A stretch of DNA of 63,378 nt, the filler included, from Reclinomonas americana ATCC 50394 (taxonomy: Eukaryota): assembly GCA_048213135.1 (NCBI GenBank). It is 12 parts of 12 records of this genome, joined end to end, with 100 filler letters (N's around TTAATTAATTAA, not from the genome) between each part and the next. Parts side by side here need not be neighbours in the genome. Positions count along the whole stretch, not along the records: positions 27,842 to 55,832 come from AFZH01021523.1; positions 55,933 to 57,308 come from AFZH01021525.1; positions 57,409 to 59,481 come from AFZH01021526.1; positions 59,582 to 61,974 come from AFZH01021527.1; positions 62,075 to 63,378 come from AFZH01021528.1; 7 more parts are not named here. One strand, written 5' to 3'. Of the stretch, positions 52,595 through 62,300 are shown one piece after another. The number at the start of each line of letters is the position of its first letter. Position 1 is the first letter of the stretch. Below the pieces are notes generated by a model. The model had not been told where the DNA came from. It made no database searches and worked only from the letters and a program-made list of their open reading frames with translations. Position numbers and translations under genes: made by a program.

Positions 52595-53563
52595 TTAGCC
52601 GCTGAGATCTTCGCCTGGAGCCTCGGGCGGGTTGTTCTCCGGATCTGGCTGATCTGCTCTCGCTGACGAACGCGACTCCGCAGCGAGCCAATCGATGAAC
52701 GATGCGACATCGGGGTCCCGTTGCCCTCCGATGGGTGTGACGGCAAAATAAGAGCCGTTGCCCCGGAGCGGAGCGACCATTTCGAGCGCGGTCAGCGCGC
52801 CCTCCGCCAGCTCTCGTTCGACCAGGAAGGAAGGCACCAATCCAACTCCGATTCCTGCGGCTGCCGCTGCGGCAACCATGGAGAACTGGTCGAACAGGGG
52901 CCCACGCTGCGGGGAGGGGTGCTCGGCTCCTGCGGCCGCGAACCAATCGCGCCAGAGATTCGGCCGTGTCGCCTGCTGCAGCAGCGCCGCCCGCATGAGG
53001 TCGGCCGGTTCGCGTAGATCGTGCTCGACGATGTAAGAAGCATGGGCGACGGCGATGACGTCCTCGTCCCAGAGATGCGTCATTTCCGCGTGGGCCCAGT
53101 TCGGCAGTCCGAAATGAATGGCAATGTCCGCTGACCGCTCGGCCAAGTCGAATGGCTGGGATTCCGTGACGAGTTGAAACGTCACCATCGGGTGTCGGGC
53201 GAAATAGCCGGGAAGACGCGGAATCAACCAGCGGGTGGCGAAAGTTGGCAGCACGCCTATTTTCAGCGTTCGTTCGCTGCCGGCTGAGGCCATGATCGAG
53301 TGCGCTGAACTCGCATAATCGGCCAGGATTTTCCTTGCGGAGGCGAGAAAAGCGTTCCCCGCCTTGGTAAGGACCACGCGACCCTTGACGCGCTCAAAAA
53401 GCGTTGCGCCCAGCGTGCTTTCCAGTTCGCGGATTTGCTTGCTCACCGCGCTCTGCGTCAGGGATAGTTCTTCAGCTGCACGGGTGAAGCTGCCATGCCG
53501 GCCCGCCGCCTCGAAGGCGGCCAGTTCTTGCAGCGAAGGCATTTGGGCCCGGCGTAGCAGCAT
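52595..53563 (-). CDS. LysR-family regulator (GcvA-like)
   Basis: LAAFEAAGRHGSFTRAAEELSLTQSAVSKQIRELE; LPTFATRWLIPRL; divergent from hglS. Start codon uncertain. Confidence 0.93.
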   Translation of the reverse strand: MLLRRAQMPSLQELAAFEAAGRHGSFTRAAEELSLTQSAVSKQIRELESTLGATLFERVKGRVVLTKAGNAFLASARKILADYASSAHSIMASAGSERTLKIGVLPTFATRWLIPRLPGYFARHPMVTFQLVTESQPFDLAERSADIAIHFGLPNWAHAEMTHLWDEDVIAVAHASYIVEHDLREPADLMRAALLQQATRPNLWRDWFAAAGAEHPSPQRGPLFDQFSMVAAAAAAGIGVGLVPSFLVERELAEGALTALEMVAPLRGNGSYFAVTPIGGQRDPDVASFIDWLAAESRSSARADQPDPENNPPEAPGEDLSG

Positions 53564-53792
53564 GCGCGCATCATTCCATATTGGAATGAATCTGTGAAGA
53601 AGCATCAATTGCGTGGCCGTTACCTTGCCCGCATGACTGTCGACCGATCTCAGGCCCCAAAGCCGGTGTGTCGCAAGTCAGAGTCAGAAGTGCTCCCGTC
53701 ACCGGTTCAGCCGTCGAGCCTCGGTCATGGCGGACGCGATCATCCGTGACTGCCGGCCCAACATCGATCACCGCTGAGAGAGGACGCAAACC

Positions 53793-55190
53793 ATGAGCCG
53801 ATTGCCCAAATTCATGTCGCCTGACGAGGTCCGCACGATCTTTTCCCGTGCGATGTCCGACATGTATCGCGAAGAGGTGCCGCAATACGGGACGTTGATG
53901 AAGCTCGTTGGCGAGGTGAATGTCGGGACTCGACGGGCCGATCCCGTTCTGGACGGCCGGCTGATCGCCAATGACGAGATCGAGCGATTGGATCTCGAGC
54001 GCCATGGCGCGATCCGCGTCGGTACGGCGGACGAGCTTTCGACCATGCGCCGGCTTTTCGCGGTCATGGGCATGCAGCCGGTTGGCTACTATGACCTGTC
54101 GATCGCAGGCGTTCCTGTGCATTCGACGGCGTTTCGCCCGATCGATCCAATGGCTTTGCGCCGTAATCCGTTCCGCGTCTTCACGTCGCTCCTGCGATTG
54201 GATCTCATTGAGGATGCGACGCTCCGGAGCGAAGCAACGGCAATCCTCGCGCGCCGCTCGATCTTTACGCCAGCTTGTCTCGAACTGATCAGATCGTGCG
54301 AGGCGCAGGGAGGCTTGAACGAAGCCCAAGCCCGGCAGTTCGTCGCCGAGGCGCTCGAAACCTTCCGCTGGCACAGCGACGCGACGGTTTCCGTGGACGT
54401 CTACAACCGGCTTCGGGCAGCTCATCCGCTGGTTGCCGATATAGTCTGCTTCAAGGGTCCGCATATCAACCATCTCACGCCGAGGACGCTCGATATCGAC
54501 GCGGTCCAGGTCGGGATGCCCGCGCAAGGCATTTCTCCGAAAGCGGTGATCGAAGGTCCGCCGCGACGCCGTGTTCCGATCTTGCTTCGGCAGACCAGCT
54601 TCCGGGCGCTGCAGGAGCCGATTTCGTTCCGCGGCAGCCATGGCGGCCAGCAGGATGGCACGCATACGGCGCGGTTCGGTGAAATCGAGCAGCGAGGCGC
54701 TGCGCTGACGCCGAAGGGACGCCAGCTTTACGACGATTTGCTTGCCGGGGTGCGCGCCGATGTTCAGGTCACGTCAAATGGGTCAAACGCCGGTGACTAC
54801 ATGGCGGCGCTCGAGCGTCATTTCGAGAAGTTCCCGGATGACGAGGACGCTCTGAGAACACAGGGGCTGGCGTATTTCCGTTATGCAGCGACCGGAAAGC
54901 GCGGTGCCGATCCGAAGGCGAGCCTCGAAAGCCTCCTGGCCGCCGGTTACATCAGGGCCGAGCCGCTTACCTATGAGGATTTCTTGCCTGTCAGCGCCGC
55001 TGGCATTTTCTCTTCCAATCTGGGCGACGAAGGTCAGAAAAATCATCGGGAGAGGTCGGAGCGGGCGTCCTTTGAAGAGGCGCTCGGGACCTCCGTGATC
55101 GATGAGATCGCCGTCTACGCTGTGGCCGAGAAGGCTTCGATCGAAGAGACGCGCGATGTGTTGACCATTGCTGCTCAACGTATCGCCTGA
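53793..55190 (+). CDS. hglS: 2-oxoadipate dioxygenase/decarboxylase (HglS/YdcJ, DUF1338)
   Basis: [52 protein letters not shown]. Confidence 0.9.
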   Translation: MSRLPKFMSPDEVRTIFSRAMSDMYREEVPQYGTLMKLVGEVNVGTRRADPVLDGRLIANDEIERLDLERHGAIRVGTADELSTMRRLFAVMGMQPVGYYDLSIAGVPVHSTAFRPIDPMALRRNPFRVFTSLLRLDLIEDATLRSEATAILARRSIFTPACLELIRSCEAQGGLNEAQARQFVAEALETFRWHSDATVSVDVYNRLRAAHPLVADIVCFKGPHINHLTPRTLDIDAVQVGMPAQGISPKAVIEGPPRRRVPILLRQTSFRALQEPISFRGSHGGQQDGTHTARFGEIEQRGAALTPKGRQLYDDLLAGVRADVQVTSNGSNAGDYMAALERHFEKFPDDEDALRTQGLAYFRYAATGKRGADPKASLESLLAAGYIRAEPLTYEDFLPVSAAGIFSSNLGDEGQKNHRERSERASFEEALGTSVIDEIAVYAVAEKASIEETRDVLTIAAQRIA

Positions 55191-55257
55191 GAGCGCTCTC
55201 GATCCGGCAAGTGAACCACTGACAAGTAATCCCTTTTGGTTCAAAGGTGAAACGCCC

Positions 55258-55832
55258 ATGAAGATTCTAGTGCCCGTTAAGCGGGTGGTTGATTACAATG
55301 TTAAGATCCGCGTGAAGGCTGACGGTTCGGGCGTTGAGCTGGCGAACGTGAAGATGTCGATGAACCCGTTCGACGAGATCGCGGTCGAAGAGGCGTTGCG
55401 TCTCAAGGAAGCCGGCAAGGCGAGCGAGGTCGTGGTGGTCTCGATCGGCCCGGCTCAAGCCGCTGAGACGATCCGCACCGGCCTGGCGATGGGCGCCGAT
55501 CGCGGCATCCTGGTCAAGGTCGAGGGCACGGTCGAGCCGCTCGCCGTCGCCAAGCTCCTGAAGAAGGTCGTCGAGCAGGAGGCGCCCGGCCTCGTCGTGC
55601 TCGGCAAGCAGGCGATCGATGACGACTGCAACCAGACCGGCCAGATGCTGGCGGCGCTGCTCGGCTGGGGCCAGGGCACGTTTGCCTCGAAGGTCGAGCT
55701 ATCAGCGGATTCGGTCGACGTAACCCGCGAGGTCGATGGCGGCCTGCAGACGGTCTCGCTCAAGCTCCCGGCGATCGTGACCACCGATCTGCGCCTGAAC
55801 GAGCCGCGTTACGCCTCGCTGCCCAACATCAT
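55258..55832 (+). CDS. etfB: Electron transfer flavoprotein beta subunit, 3'-truncated
   Basis: [51 protein letters not shown]. Confidence 0.96.
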
Positions 55833-55943
55833 NNNNNNNNNNNNNNNNNNNNNNNNNNNNNNNNNNNNNNNNNNNNTTAATTAATTAANNNNNNNNNNNN
55901 NNNNNNNNNNNNNNNNNNNNNNNNNNNNNNNNGAGCGCTTCAT

Positions 55944-55962
55944 TGGTGATAAATTATCACCA
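55944..55962. promoter_or_regulatory. Perfect 9-1-9 palindrome TGGTGATAA-A-TTATCACCA (putative operator)
   Basis: Lies between a minus-strand ATG at 55943 (gene lost at the contig end) and the kinase start at 56019. Confidence 0.6.
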
Positions 55963-56018
55963 GTATCTGTCAGATCATATGCATTTTCAACGCCGACAAT
56001 TCTGCCATCCTCACCAGC

Positions 56019-57188
56019 ATGGCAACGAAAACTTCCCTGCAGATCGGCATCGTGGCGGATGACCTGACAAGCGCGGCCGATGGTGCTGGCCCGTTCCTGA
56101 AGCGTGGCTTTGCGCCGTATCTCCATCGTGGTTCATGCCCGCAGACCGACGAGACGGTGATTGCGGTCGACACGGGCAGCCGCAATCTGGCGGAAGCGGC
56201 AGCCGAAGAGGCGGTCGCGCAATCCATCACGGCCCTGGCGGGGCGGAGCCTGCTCTACAAGACAATAGATTCGACCCTGCGCGGCCATGTCAGGGCCGAG
56301 ATTGTCGCGGCGTTCGAAGCCAGCGGTCGGGATCGTCTCGTCGTCGCGCCGGCCTTTCCCGCGGCGGGGCGTCAGACGATCGGCGGCGTTCAATTCGTCG
56401 GCGGGCGCCCCGTCTCGGAAACAGGCTATGGCCGCGATCCTCTCCATCCGGCCCGATCCTCGCGCATCCTGGACCTGATCGATCCCGCGCTGGGGCCGGC
56501 GACGATCCTGTCGCAGCGGATGAGCGACGAGGCGGTCCTCGCCGCGCTCGCCCGTTTCCGTGTGCTGATCATCGACGCCGACCGTCAGGAGGTCCTCGAC
56601 CGCCGGGTCGCCCTCCTCATTCAGTCGGGCTCGATCCTGTGGGTGGGCTCGCCCGGTCTCGCGCAGGCGCTGGCGACGCAGATCGTGTCCTTGCCCATAC
56701 GCCGGTTTGGTCCACGGCCGGACGCACGGCGCGTCCTCATCGTCATCGGTAGCGCCAATGCGGTCAGCCGGCAGCAATGCGAGATTCTCGCGGAGAATGG
56801 CGTTCCGGTGGGCGAGCACGCCGCCGAGCTTGACGCCAATGCCGAGATCGTCTGCCTGCGCGCTCCGCAAGCGGGCGCGGGCGATCCCGCCGCAATCCTT
56901 GCTGCTCTGGCGGACGAGGCGCAGGCGGCCATGGGAGCACAGCGCTTCGACGCGATCCTCGCCACGGGCGGGGATACGATGGGCGCGCTGCTGCAACGGA
57001 TCTCGATCAGCAGCCTCGTGCTGTCGGGCGAGTTCGAGCCGGGCTTTCCCTTTGGCTACGGGACGATGGCGGGGGCAGCCACGCCGCTGTTCCTGGCGAT
57101 GAAGGCCGGTGGTTTTGGCCATCCGGAGACCCTGCTTCACGCAGCGCAGCGGTTGCTGCCTCCCTTGCCCCTGGAGTGCGCCCGATGA
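56019..57188 (+). CDS. Four-carbon acid-sugar kinase (DUF1537; DtnK/DenK/OtnK family)
   Basis: IVADDLTSAAD, YKTIDSTLRG, PAFPAAGR, TGGDT, KAGGFG. Confidence 0.9.
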   Translation: MATKTSLQIGIVADDLTSAADGAGPFLKRGFAPYLHRGSCPQTDETVIAVDTGSRNLAEAAAEEAVAQSITALAGRSLLYKTIDSTLRGHVRAEIVAAFEASGRDRLVVAPAFPAAGRQTIGGVQFVGGRPVSETGYGRDPLHPARSSRILDLIDPALGPATILSQRMSDEAVLAALARFRVLIIDADRQEVLDRRVALLIQSGSILWVGSPGLAQALATQIVSLPIRRFGPRPDARRVLIVIGSANAVSRQQCEILAENGVPVGEHAAELDANAEIVCLRAPQAGAGDPAAILAALADEAQAAMGAQRFDAILATGGDTMGALLQRISISSLVLSGEFEPGFPFGYGTMAGAATPLFLAMKAGGFGHPETLLHAAQRLLPPLPLECAR

Positions 57189-57308
57189 GATCGACAGTCC
57201 TGCCCATTGCGATCACCATGGGGGACCCGTCCGGCATCGGGCCGGAAATCGTCGCGAAATTCTTTGCCCGGCGACTGGTCGAGGACGCGACACCGGGAGA
57301 AGGTGAGG
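57185..57308 (+). CDS. pdxA: PdxA-family dehydrogenase (PdxA2-like), 3'-truncated
   Basis: PIAITMGDPSGIGPEIV; ATGA overlap with the DUF1537 kinase. Confidence 0.85.
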
Positions 57309-57408
57309 NNNNNNNNNNNNNNNNNNNNNNNNNNNNNNNNNNNNNNNNNNNNTTAATTAATTAANNNNNNNNNNNNNNNNNNNNNNNNNNNNNNNNNNNN
57401 NNNNNNNN

Positions 57409-58059
57409 GCGCATGTCCTGCAGCATCATGTGCCGCATCGCCTGCTGGGCCTTGTCGCGGCCGCAATGGCGGGCGACGAGATAGAGGCCGAGATCGATCG
57501 CGGCGGTCGAGCCGGCGCAGGTGATCAGGTCGCCCTCGTCGATGAAGAGCCGCTCGACCCCGGCCGAGACCTTGGGAAAGCGCTCCTTGAAGGCGTCGAG
57601 CACATTCCAGTGCACGCAGACCCGGCGCGGGCCGGCGAGGCCGGCCCGGGCGATGGCGAAGGTGCCGGTGCAGATGCCGAGTAGTCGCACGCCCGATGCC
57701 GCCGCCCGGCGCAGATAGCCGAGCAGGCTCTCGGGCAGGGCGTCGTTGAGATAGTCGTTGCCGCCGCAGACGGCGATGTAGTCAAAGCCGGCGGGGTCGA
57801 GCAGACCCGCATTCGGGGTGACCGAGACGCCACAGCTCGAGCGCCGCGGCTCGCCGTCGAGGCTCATCACCGTCCAGCTCGCATGCAGCTGGCGGCTGCG
57901 CCCGCCATGGTCCGCCGCCAGCCTGAGCACGTCGATCAGCCCGGAGAAGGCCGCGAGCGTAAACTGGTCGAGCAGGAGAAAGCCGACCCGCAGCCGTGAG
58001 ACGGGCGCCGCGGGCTGCGACCGGTCGCTGGCATGTTGATGGAGCTGGACGGTGCTCAT
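57409..58059 (-). CDS. GlxA-family AraC regulator (DJ-1/PfpI sensor domain), 3'-truncated
   Basis: FTLAAFSGLIDVLRLA, GICTGTFAIARAGL, CVHW, TCAGSTAAIDL. Confidence 0.9.
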
Positions 58060-58164
58060 GTCGTGATTATTCAAATTTTGGGCCGGCGCATTCTAGTGCT
58101 TTTTGCAGCCTACGCGCCAATGTCCCGACAGAAGCGCAAAGACGCTCGGCAGAGGAGAACGACG

Positions 58165-59208
58165 ATGACCCCAACCGTCCGGCTGGCCACGGCCATGCTC
58201 GCCACCACCCTGCTCACCGCGCCTGCCTTGGCGCAGCAACCGTCGTCGATCACGGTCGCCTGGTATGGCGGCAATTGGGGCGATGCCTTCAAGGCCTGTG
58301 TTGCCGAGCCCTTCACCAAGGCGACTGGCATCGCCGTCAATGCCGAGATCGGCACCTCGACCGTCACTTTGGCGAAGCTGCAGCAGCAGAAGGCGGCGCC
58401 GACCATCGACGTCGCCTGGATGGATGGCGGCATCAGCGAGCTCGCTCTCGCCGCCGAGGTGACCGACAATCTCGACCCGGCGGCGATCCCCAATCTCGCC
58501 AACACCTTGCCGGAAGCGATCTACAAGAGCGGCGCAACCACCTATGCGGTCGGCACCGGCTATTATTCGCTCGGGCTCACCTACAACACCCAGAAGGTCA
58601 AGGCCGCGCCGACCTCCTGGAACGACCTCTGGAAGCCGGACTTCGAGGACGCCGTCACGATCCCCTCGCCGGCGAATTCCTCGGGCGTGCCCTTCGTGAT
58701 GTTCCTGTCGAAGATCTGGGGCCATCCGGCCGGCGATCTTTCTGCGACCTTCAAGAAGATCAAGGAGCTCAAGGCCGCCCTGTTCTTCGATTCCTCGGGT
58801 GCCGCCACCAACGCCTATCAGAGCGGCGAGGCGATCATCGGCGCGCATTTCAACGTCGGCGCCTGGGATCTCGCCGACAAGGGCCTGCCGATCGGCTTCG
58901 TCGTGCCGAAGGAGGGCGCCTGGGCGACCGATGCCCGCCTGCATCTGGTCAAGGGCACGCCGAAGAAGGACGCCGCCGCCAAGTTCATCAACCAGGCGCT
59001 GACGCCGGAAGCTTCCGGCTGCCTCGCCGAAAAACTCTATCTCGGCCCGTCCGTGAAGAACGTCACGGTCAAGCCCGAGACCGCCCGCAAGCTGCCCTGG
59101 GGCGAAACCGGCTCGGTCAAGAACCTGCAATTGTTCGACTGGGCCGAGATCAACGGCCTGCGCTCGCGCGTGGTCGACGAGTGGAACCGGCAGATCGCCC
59201 GCAAGTGA
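58165..59208 (+). CDS. ABC transporter solute-binding protein (PotD/PotF-like)
   Basis: GAGGAG RBS, signal peptide [31 protein letters not shown]. Confidence 0.9.
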   Translation: MTPTVRLATAMLATTLLTAPALAQQPSSITVAWYGGNWGDAFKACVAEPFTKATGIAVNAEIGTSTVTLAKLQQQKAAPTIDVAWMDGGISELALAAEVTDNLDPAAIPNLANTLPEAIYKSGATTYAVGTGYYSLGLTYNTQKVKAAPTSWNDLWKPDFEDAVTIPSPANSSGVPFVMFLSKIWGHPAGDLSATFKKIKELKAALFFDSSGAATNAYQSGEAIIGAHFNVGAWDLADKGLPIGFVVPKEGAWATDARLHLVKGTPKKDAAAKFINQALTPEASGCLAEKLYLGPSVKNVTVKPETARKLPWGETGSVKNLQLFDWAEINGLRSRVVDEWNRQIARK

Positions 59209-59239
59209 GCGCACGGCAACGAGCATCGCGAGCCGCAGC

Positions 59240-59481
59240 ATGAGCCCCATCCTCGCCATAGGCGGACTGTCCAAGCATTTCGGCGGACAGCCGGCGCTGA
59301 CGGCGATTGAGCTCGCCGTTGAGCAGGGCGAGTTCATCGCCCTGCTGGGCCCTTCGGGCTGCGGCAAGACCACGCTGCTGCGCTGCATCGCCGGCTTCCT
59401 GACGCCGGAGGCCGGTACGATCCGGGTCGCCGGCGAGGATGTGACGCGTTTGCCGCCCTAGTCGGCGCCCGCTCAACACCG
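59240..59481 (+). CDS. ABC ATP-binding protein (PotA-like), 3'-truncated, with a probable 1-nt insertion error at 59461
   Basis: GPSGCGKTT; removing one G restores LPPYRRPLNT. Confidence 0.85.
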
Positions 59482-59650
59482 NNNNNNNNNNNNNNNNNNN
59501 NNNNNNNNNNNNNNNNNNNNNNNNNTTAATTAATTAANNNNNNNNNNNNNNNNNNNNNNNNNNNNNNNNNNNNNNNNNNNNCCATATGGTCATGGCCGCA
59601 GCCATCATGCCTCGACATCGCGCCGCTGGCCGCTCCGTTCGAGGCTTTTC

Positions 59651-61084
59651 ATGACCGCCTATCCCGACCTGCAGCTTTATATCGGCGGCGCCTGGCGCAA
59701 GACCTCCGACAGCCTGCCAGTGCTCAACCCGGCCGATGAGAATGTGATCGGTGCCGTGCCGGTTGCCGGCCGCGCCGATCTCGACGATGCGCTGGCTGCA
59801 GCCAGGGACGGCTTCAGGGTCTGGAGCCGGACTTCGCCGCGTGCCCGTGGCGAGGTCATGCTCAAGGCCGCGGCGCTGATGCGGGCCCGCATCGACGAGA
59901 TCGCCCATGCGATCACGCTCGAGCATGGCAAGCCCTTCGCCCAGGCGCAGCTCGAAGTGATCCGCGGCTGCGAGTTCTTCGAATGGGACGCGGCCGAGGG
60001 CCAGCGCACCTATGGACGGGTCATCCCGAGCGAGCCCGGCATCAAATATGTCGTGATGCACCAGCCGATCGGCATGGTCGCGGCCTTCTCGCCCTGGAAT
60101 TTCCCGATGAGCCAGCCGGCGCGCAAGATCGCCGGCGCGCTCGCCGCAGGCTGCTCGATCATCCTGAAGGCGGCTGAGGAGACACCGGCCGGCGCGCTCC
60201 ACATCGCCCGGGCCCTGCATGATGCCGGCCTGCCGCCCGGCGTGTTCAACCTCGTCTTCGGCGTTCCCGCCGACATCTCCTCCTACCTGATCCCGCAGGC
60301 GCAGACCCGGTTGATCGCCTTCACCGGCTCGACCGCCGTCGGCAAGCACCTGACCCGCATCGCCGCCGACCATATGAAGCCGGTGCTGATGGAGCTCGGC
60401 GGCCACGCCCCCGTGATCGTCTGCGACGATGTCGATCCGGTCGCGGCGGCGAGCGCCTCGGCGATCCGCAAGTCGCGCAATGCCGGCCAGGTCTGCACCT
60501 CACCGACGCGCTTCTTCGTGCAGGAGCCGATCTATGAGGCCTTCGCCAGGACCTTCGCCGAGAAGGCGCGCTCGGTCGTGGTCGGCAACGGCCTCGATGC
60601 CGCAACGCAGATGGGCCCGGTCGCCAATCATCGCCGCATCGAGGCGATGGAGACGCTGGTCGCTGATGCCCGCGCCAAGGGCGCGCGGGTGCTCGCCGGC
60701 GGCGAGCGTATCGGCAATCGCGGCTATTTCTTCCCGGTGACGGTGCTGGCCGATGTGCCCGACGATGCCCGGGTCATGCGCGAGGAGCCGTTCGGGCCGC
60801 TCGCGGTGATCAATCCGGTCTCGACACTGGACGATGCGATCGCCAAGGCGAACGGCCTGCCCTTCGGCCTCGCCGCCTATGCCTTCACCCATTCGGCCAG
60901 CCGGGCGGATCGCCTCGCCGACGAGATCGAGGCCGGCAACGTCTCGATCAACACGCTGGAGGCCTCGGTCGCCGAGGTGCCGTTCGGCGGCGTCAAGGAC
61001 AGCGGCTATGGCCGCGAGGGCGGCGCCGAGGGTTTGGCGCATTACACGACCATCAAGACGGTATCGCACCGCATGGCGATCTGA
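59651..61084 (+). CDS. NAD(P)-dependent aldehyde dehydrogenase (succinate/2-ketoglutarate-semialdehyde dehydrogenase-like)
   Basis: PWNFP, FTGST, MELGGHAP, NAGQVC, EEPFGP. Confidence 0.93.
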   Translation: MTAYPDLQLYIGGAWRKTSDSLPVLNPADENVIGAVPVAGRADLDDALAAARDGFRVWSRTSPRARGEVMLKAAALMRARIDEIAHAITLEHGKPFAQAQLEVIRGCEFFEWDAAEGQRTYGRVIPSEPGIKYVVMHQPIGMVAAFSPWNFPMSQPARKIAGALAAGCSIILKAAEETPAGALHIARALHDAGLPPGVFNLVFGVPADISSYLIPQAQTRLIAFTGSTAVGKHLTRIAADHMKPVLMELGGHAPVIVCDDVDPVAAASASAIRKSRNAGQVCTSPTRFFVQEPIYEAFARTFAEKARSVVVGNGLDAATQMGPVANHRRIEAMETLVADARAKGARVLAGGERIGNRGYFFPVTVLADVPDDARVMREEPFGPLAVINPVSTLDDAIAKANGLPFGLAAYAFTHSASRADRLADEIEAGNVSINTLEASVAEVPFGGVKDSGYGREGGAEGLAHYTTIKTVSHRMAI

Positions 61085-61110
61085 CCGGCGGGCGACAGGG
61101 AGACAGCCGC

Positions 61111-61974
61111 ATGAAATACGCCAGGAAGGACGCGAAGGCTTATACCCGCGCCAACATGAAAGGCATCTGGGCGGCTGCGCTCACGCCCTTCACTCAGTCG
61201 CTAGGCATCGACGAGGACGGCTTCCGCCAGAACATCCGGCACTGGACGGACGATCTCGGCATCGACGGCCTGTTCATCGCCGGCAAGCAGGGCGAGTTCT
61301 TCGCGATGTCGGTGGAGGAACGCAAGCGCAGCTTCGAGCTCGCGGTCGAGGCGACGGCCGGGCGCGGCCAGACGATCATGTCCTGCTCCGACCAGAACAT
61401 GGACGTCGTCATCGATCTGGCGAAGCACGCCCAGAAGGTCGGAGCCGACTATATCGTCGTGCACGCGCCGCTGCTGCACTTCTTCAAGGCGCAGGACGAG
61501 ACGCTCTACGAGTACTACCGGACGATCGCCGAACAGGTCGACATCGGCATCGCCCTCTGGAGCCATCCGGACTCCGGCTATCTGATGAGCCCGCAGCTCT
61601 GCAACCGGCTCGCCGACATCGAGAACGTCGTCGCGATCAAGTACAGCGTGCCGCGCGCCATGTATGCCGAGCTGACGAGGCTCGCGGGCGACCGCATCCT
61701 GGTCAGCACCGCCTCCGAGGAGGAATGGCTCGACAATATCGTCGAGCTCGGCTGGCAGGTCTATCTCTGCTCCTCGCCGCCCTATCTGATCCAGACGGCC
61801 GCCGATCGGCGCATGCGCGAATACACCGACCTCGCCTTTGCCGGCGAGGTCGAGAAGGCCCATGCCATCCGCGACAGCCTCAACCCGGTGCGCGAGGCGT
61901 TGCGCACGACGCGGCCGGCCGAGAAGCCGCATGCTCATCAGAAATACTGGCAGGAACTGCTCGGCCAGGTCGGC
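61111..61974 (+). CDS. DHDPS/NAL-family class I aldolase-like protein, 3'-truncated
   Basis: ALTPF, GKQGEF, VVAIKYS (Schiff-base Lys). Confidence 0.85.
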
Positions 61975-62074
61975 NNNNNNNNNNNNNNNNNNNNNNNNNN
62001 NNNNNNNNNNNNNNNNNNTTAATTAATTAANNNNNNNNNNNNNNNNNNNNNNNNNNNNNNNNNNNNNNNNNNNN

Positions 62075-62180
62075 GCCGCTCTACGAAGCCTTCTTCGCCG
62101 ATGAGAAGGCCCGCACCTGCAAGCAGTGCGGCGCCGTCCATCCTGGCCGTAAGCCGCCGGCCGGCTGGGTCGCGCTCTGA
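62075..62180 (+). CDS. nbaC: 3' end of 3-hydroxyanthranilate 3,4-dioxygenase
   Basis: PLYEAFFADEKARTCKQCGAVHPGRK matches the C-terminal rubredoxin-like CxxC of bacterial 3-HAO. Confidence 0.7.
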
Positions 62181-62240
62181 GCGATGAGGAAGGCGCCGGC
62201 TCGCCCGGCGCCTTCGAAGCACTTGCGCGCCGATCCAAAA

Positions 62241-62260
62241 TTGTTTTAAGCTTAAAATAA
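62241..62260. promoter_or_regulatory. Palindromic operator TTTTAAGCTTAAAA
   Basis: Perfect 14-bp palindrome at 62244-62257 in an AT-rich promoter about 45 nt upstream of the SBP start. Confidence 0.6.
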
Positions 62261-62300
62261 TATCGAACAATCCGACGCGAATGATCGGAGGAGGGGAACC

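Noticed and set aside
55944..55962. Fur box
   Set aside because: The core TGATAA-A-TTATCA has different spacing from the 7-1-7 Fur consensus, and the adjacent genes are not iron-related.
59459..59461. In-frame TAG in the potA-like gene as recoding or a pseudogene
   Set aside because: A single extra G 20 nt from the contig end explains it; its removal restores LPPYRRPLNT. Most likely a sequencing error.
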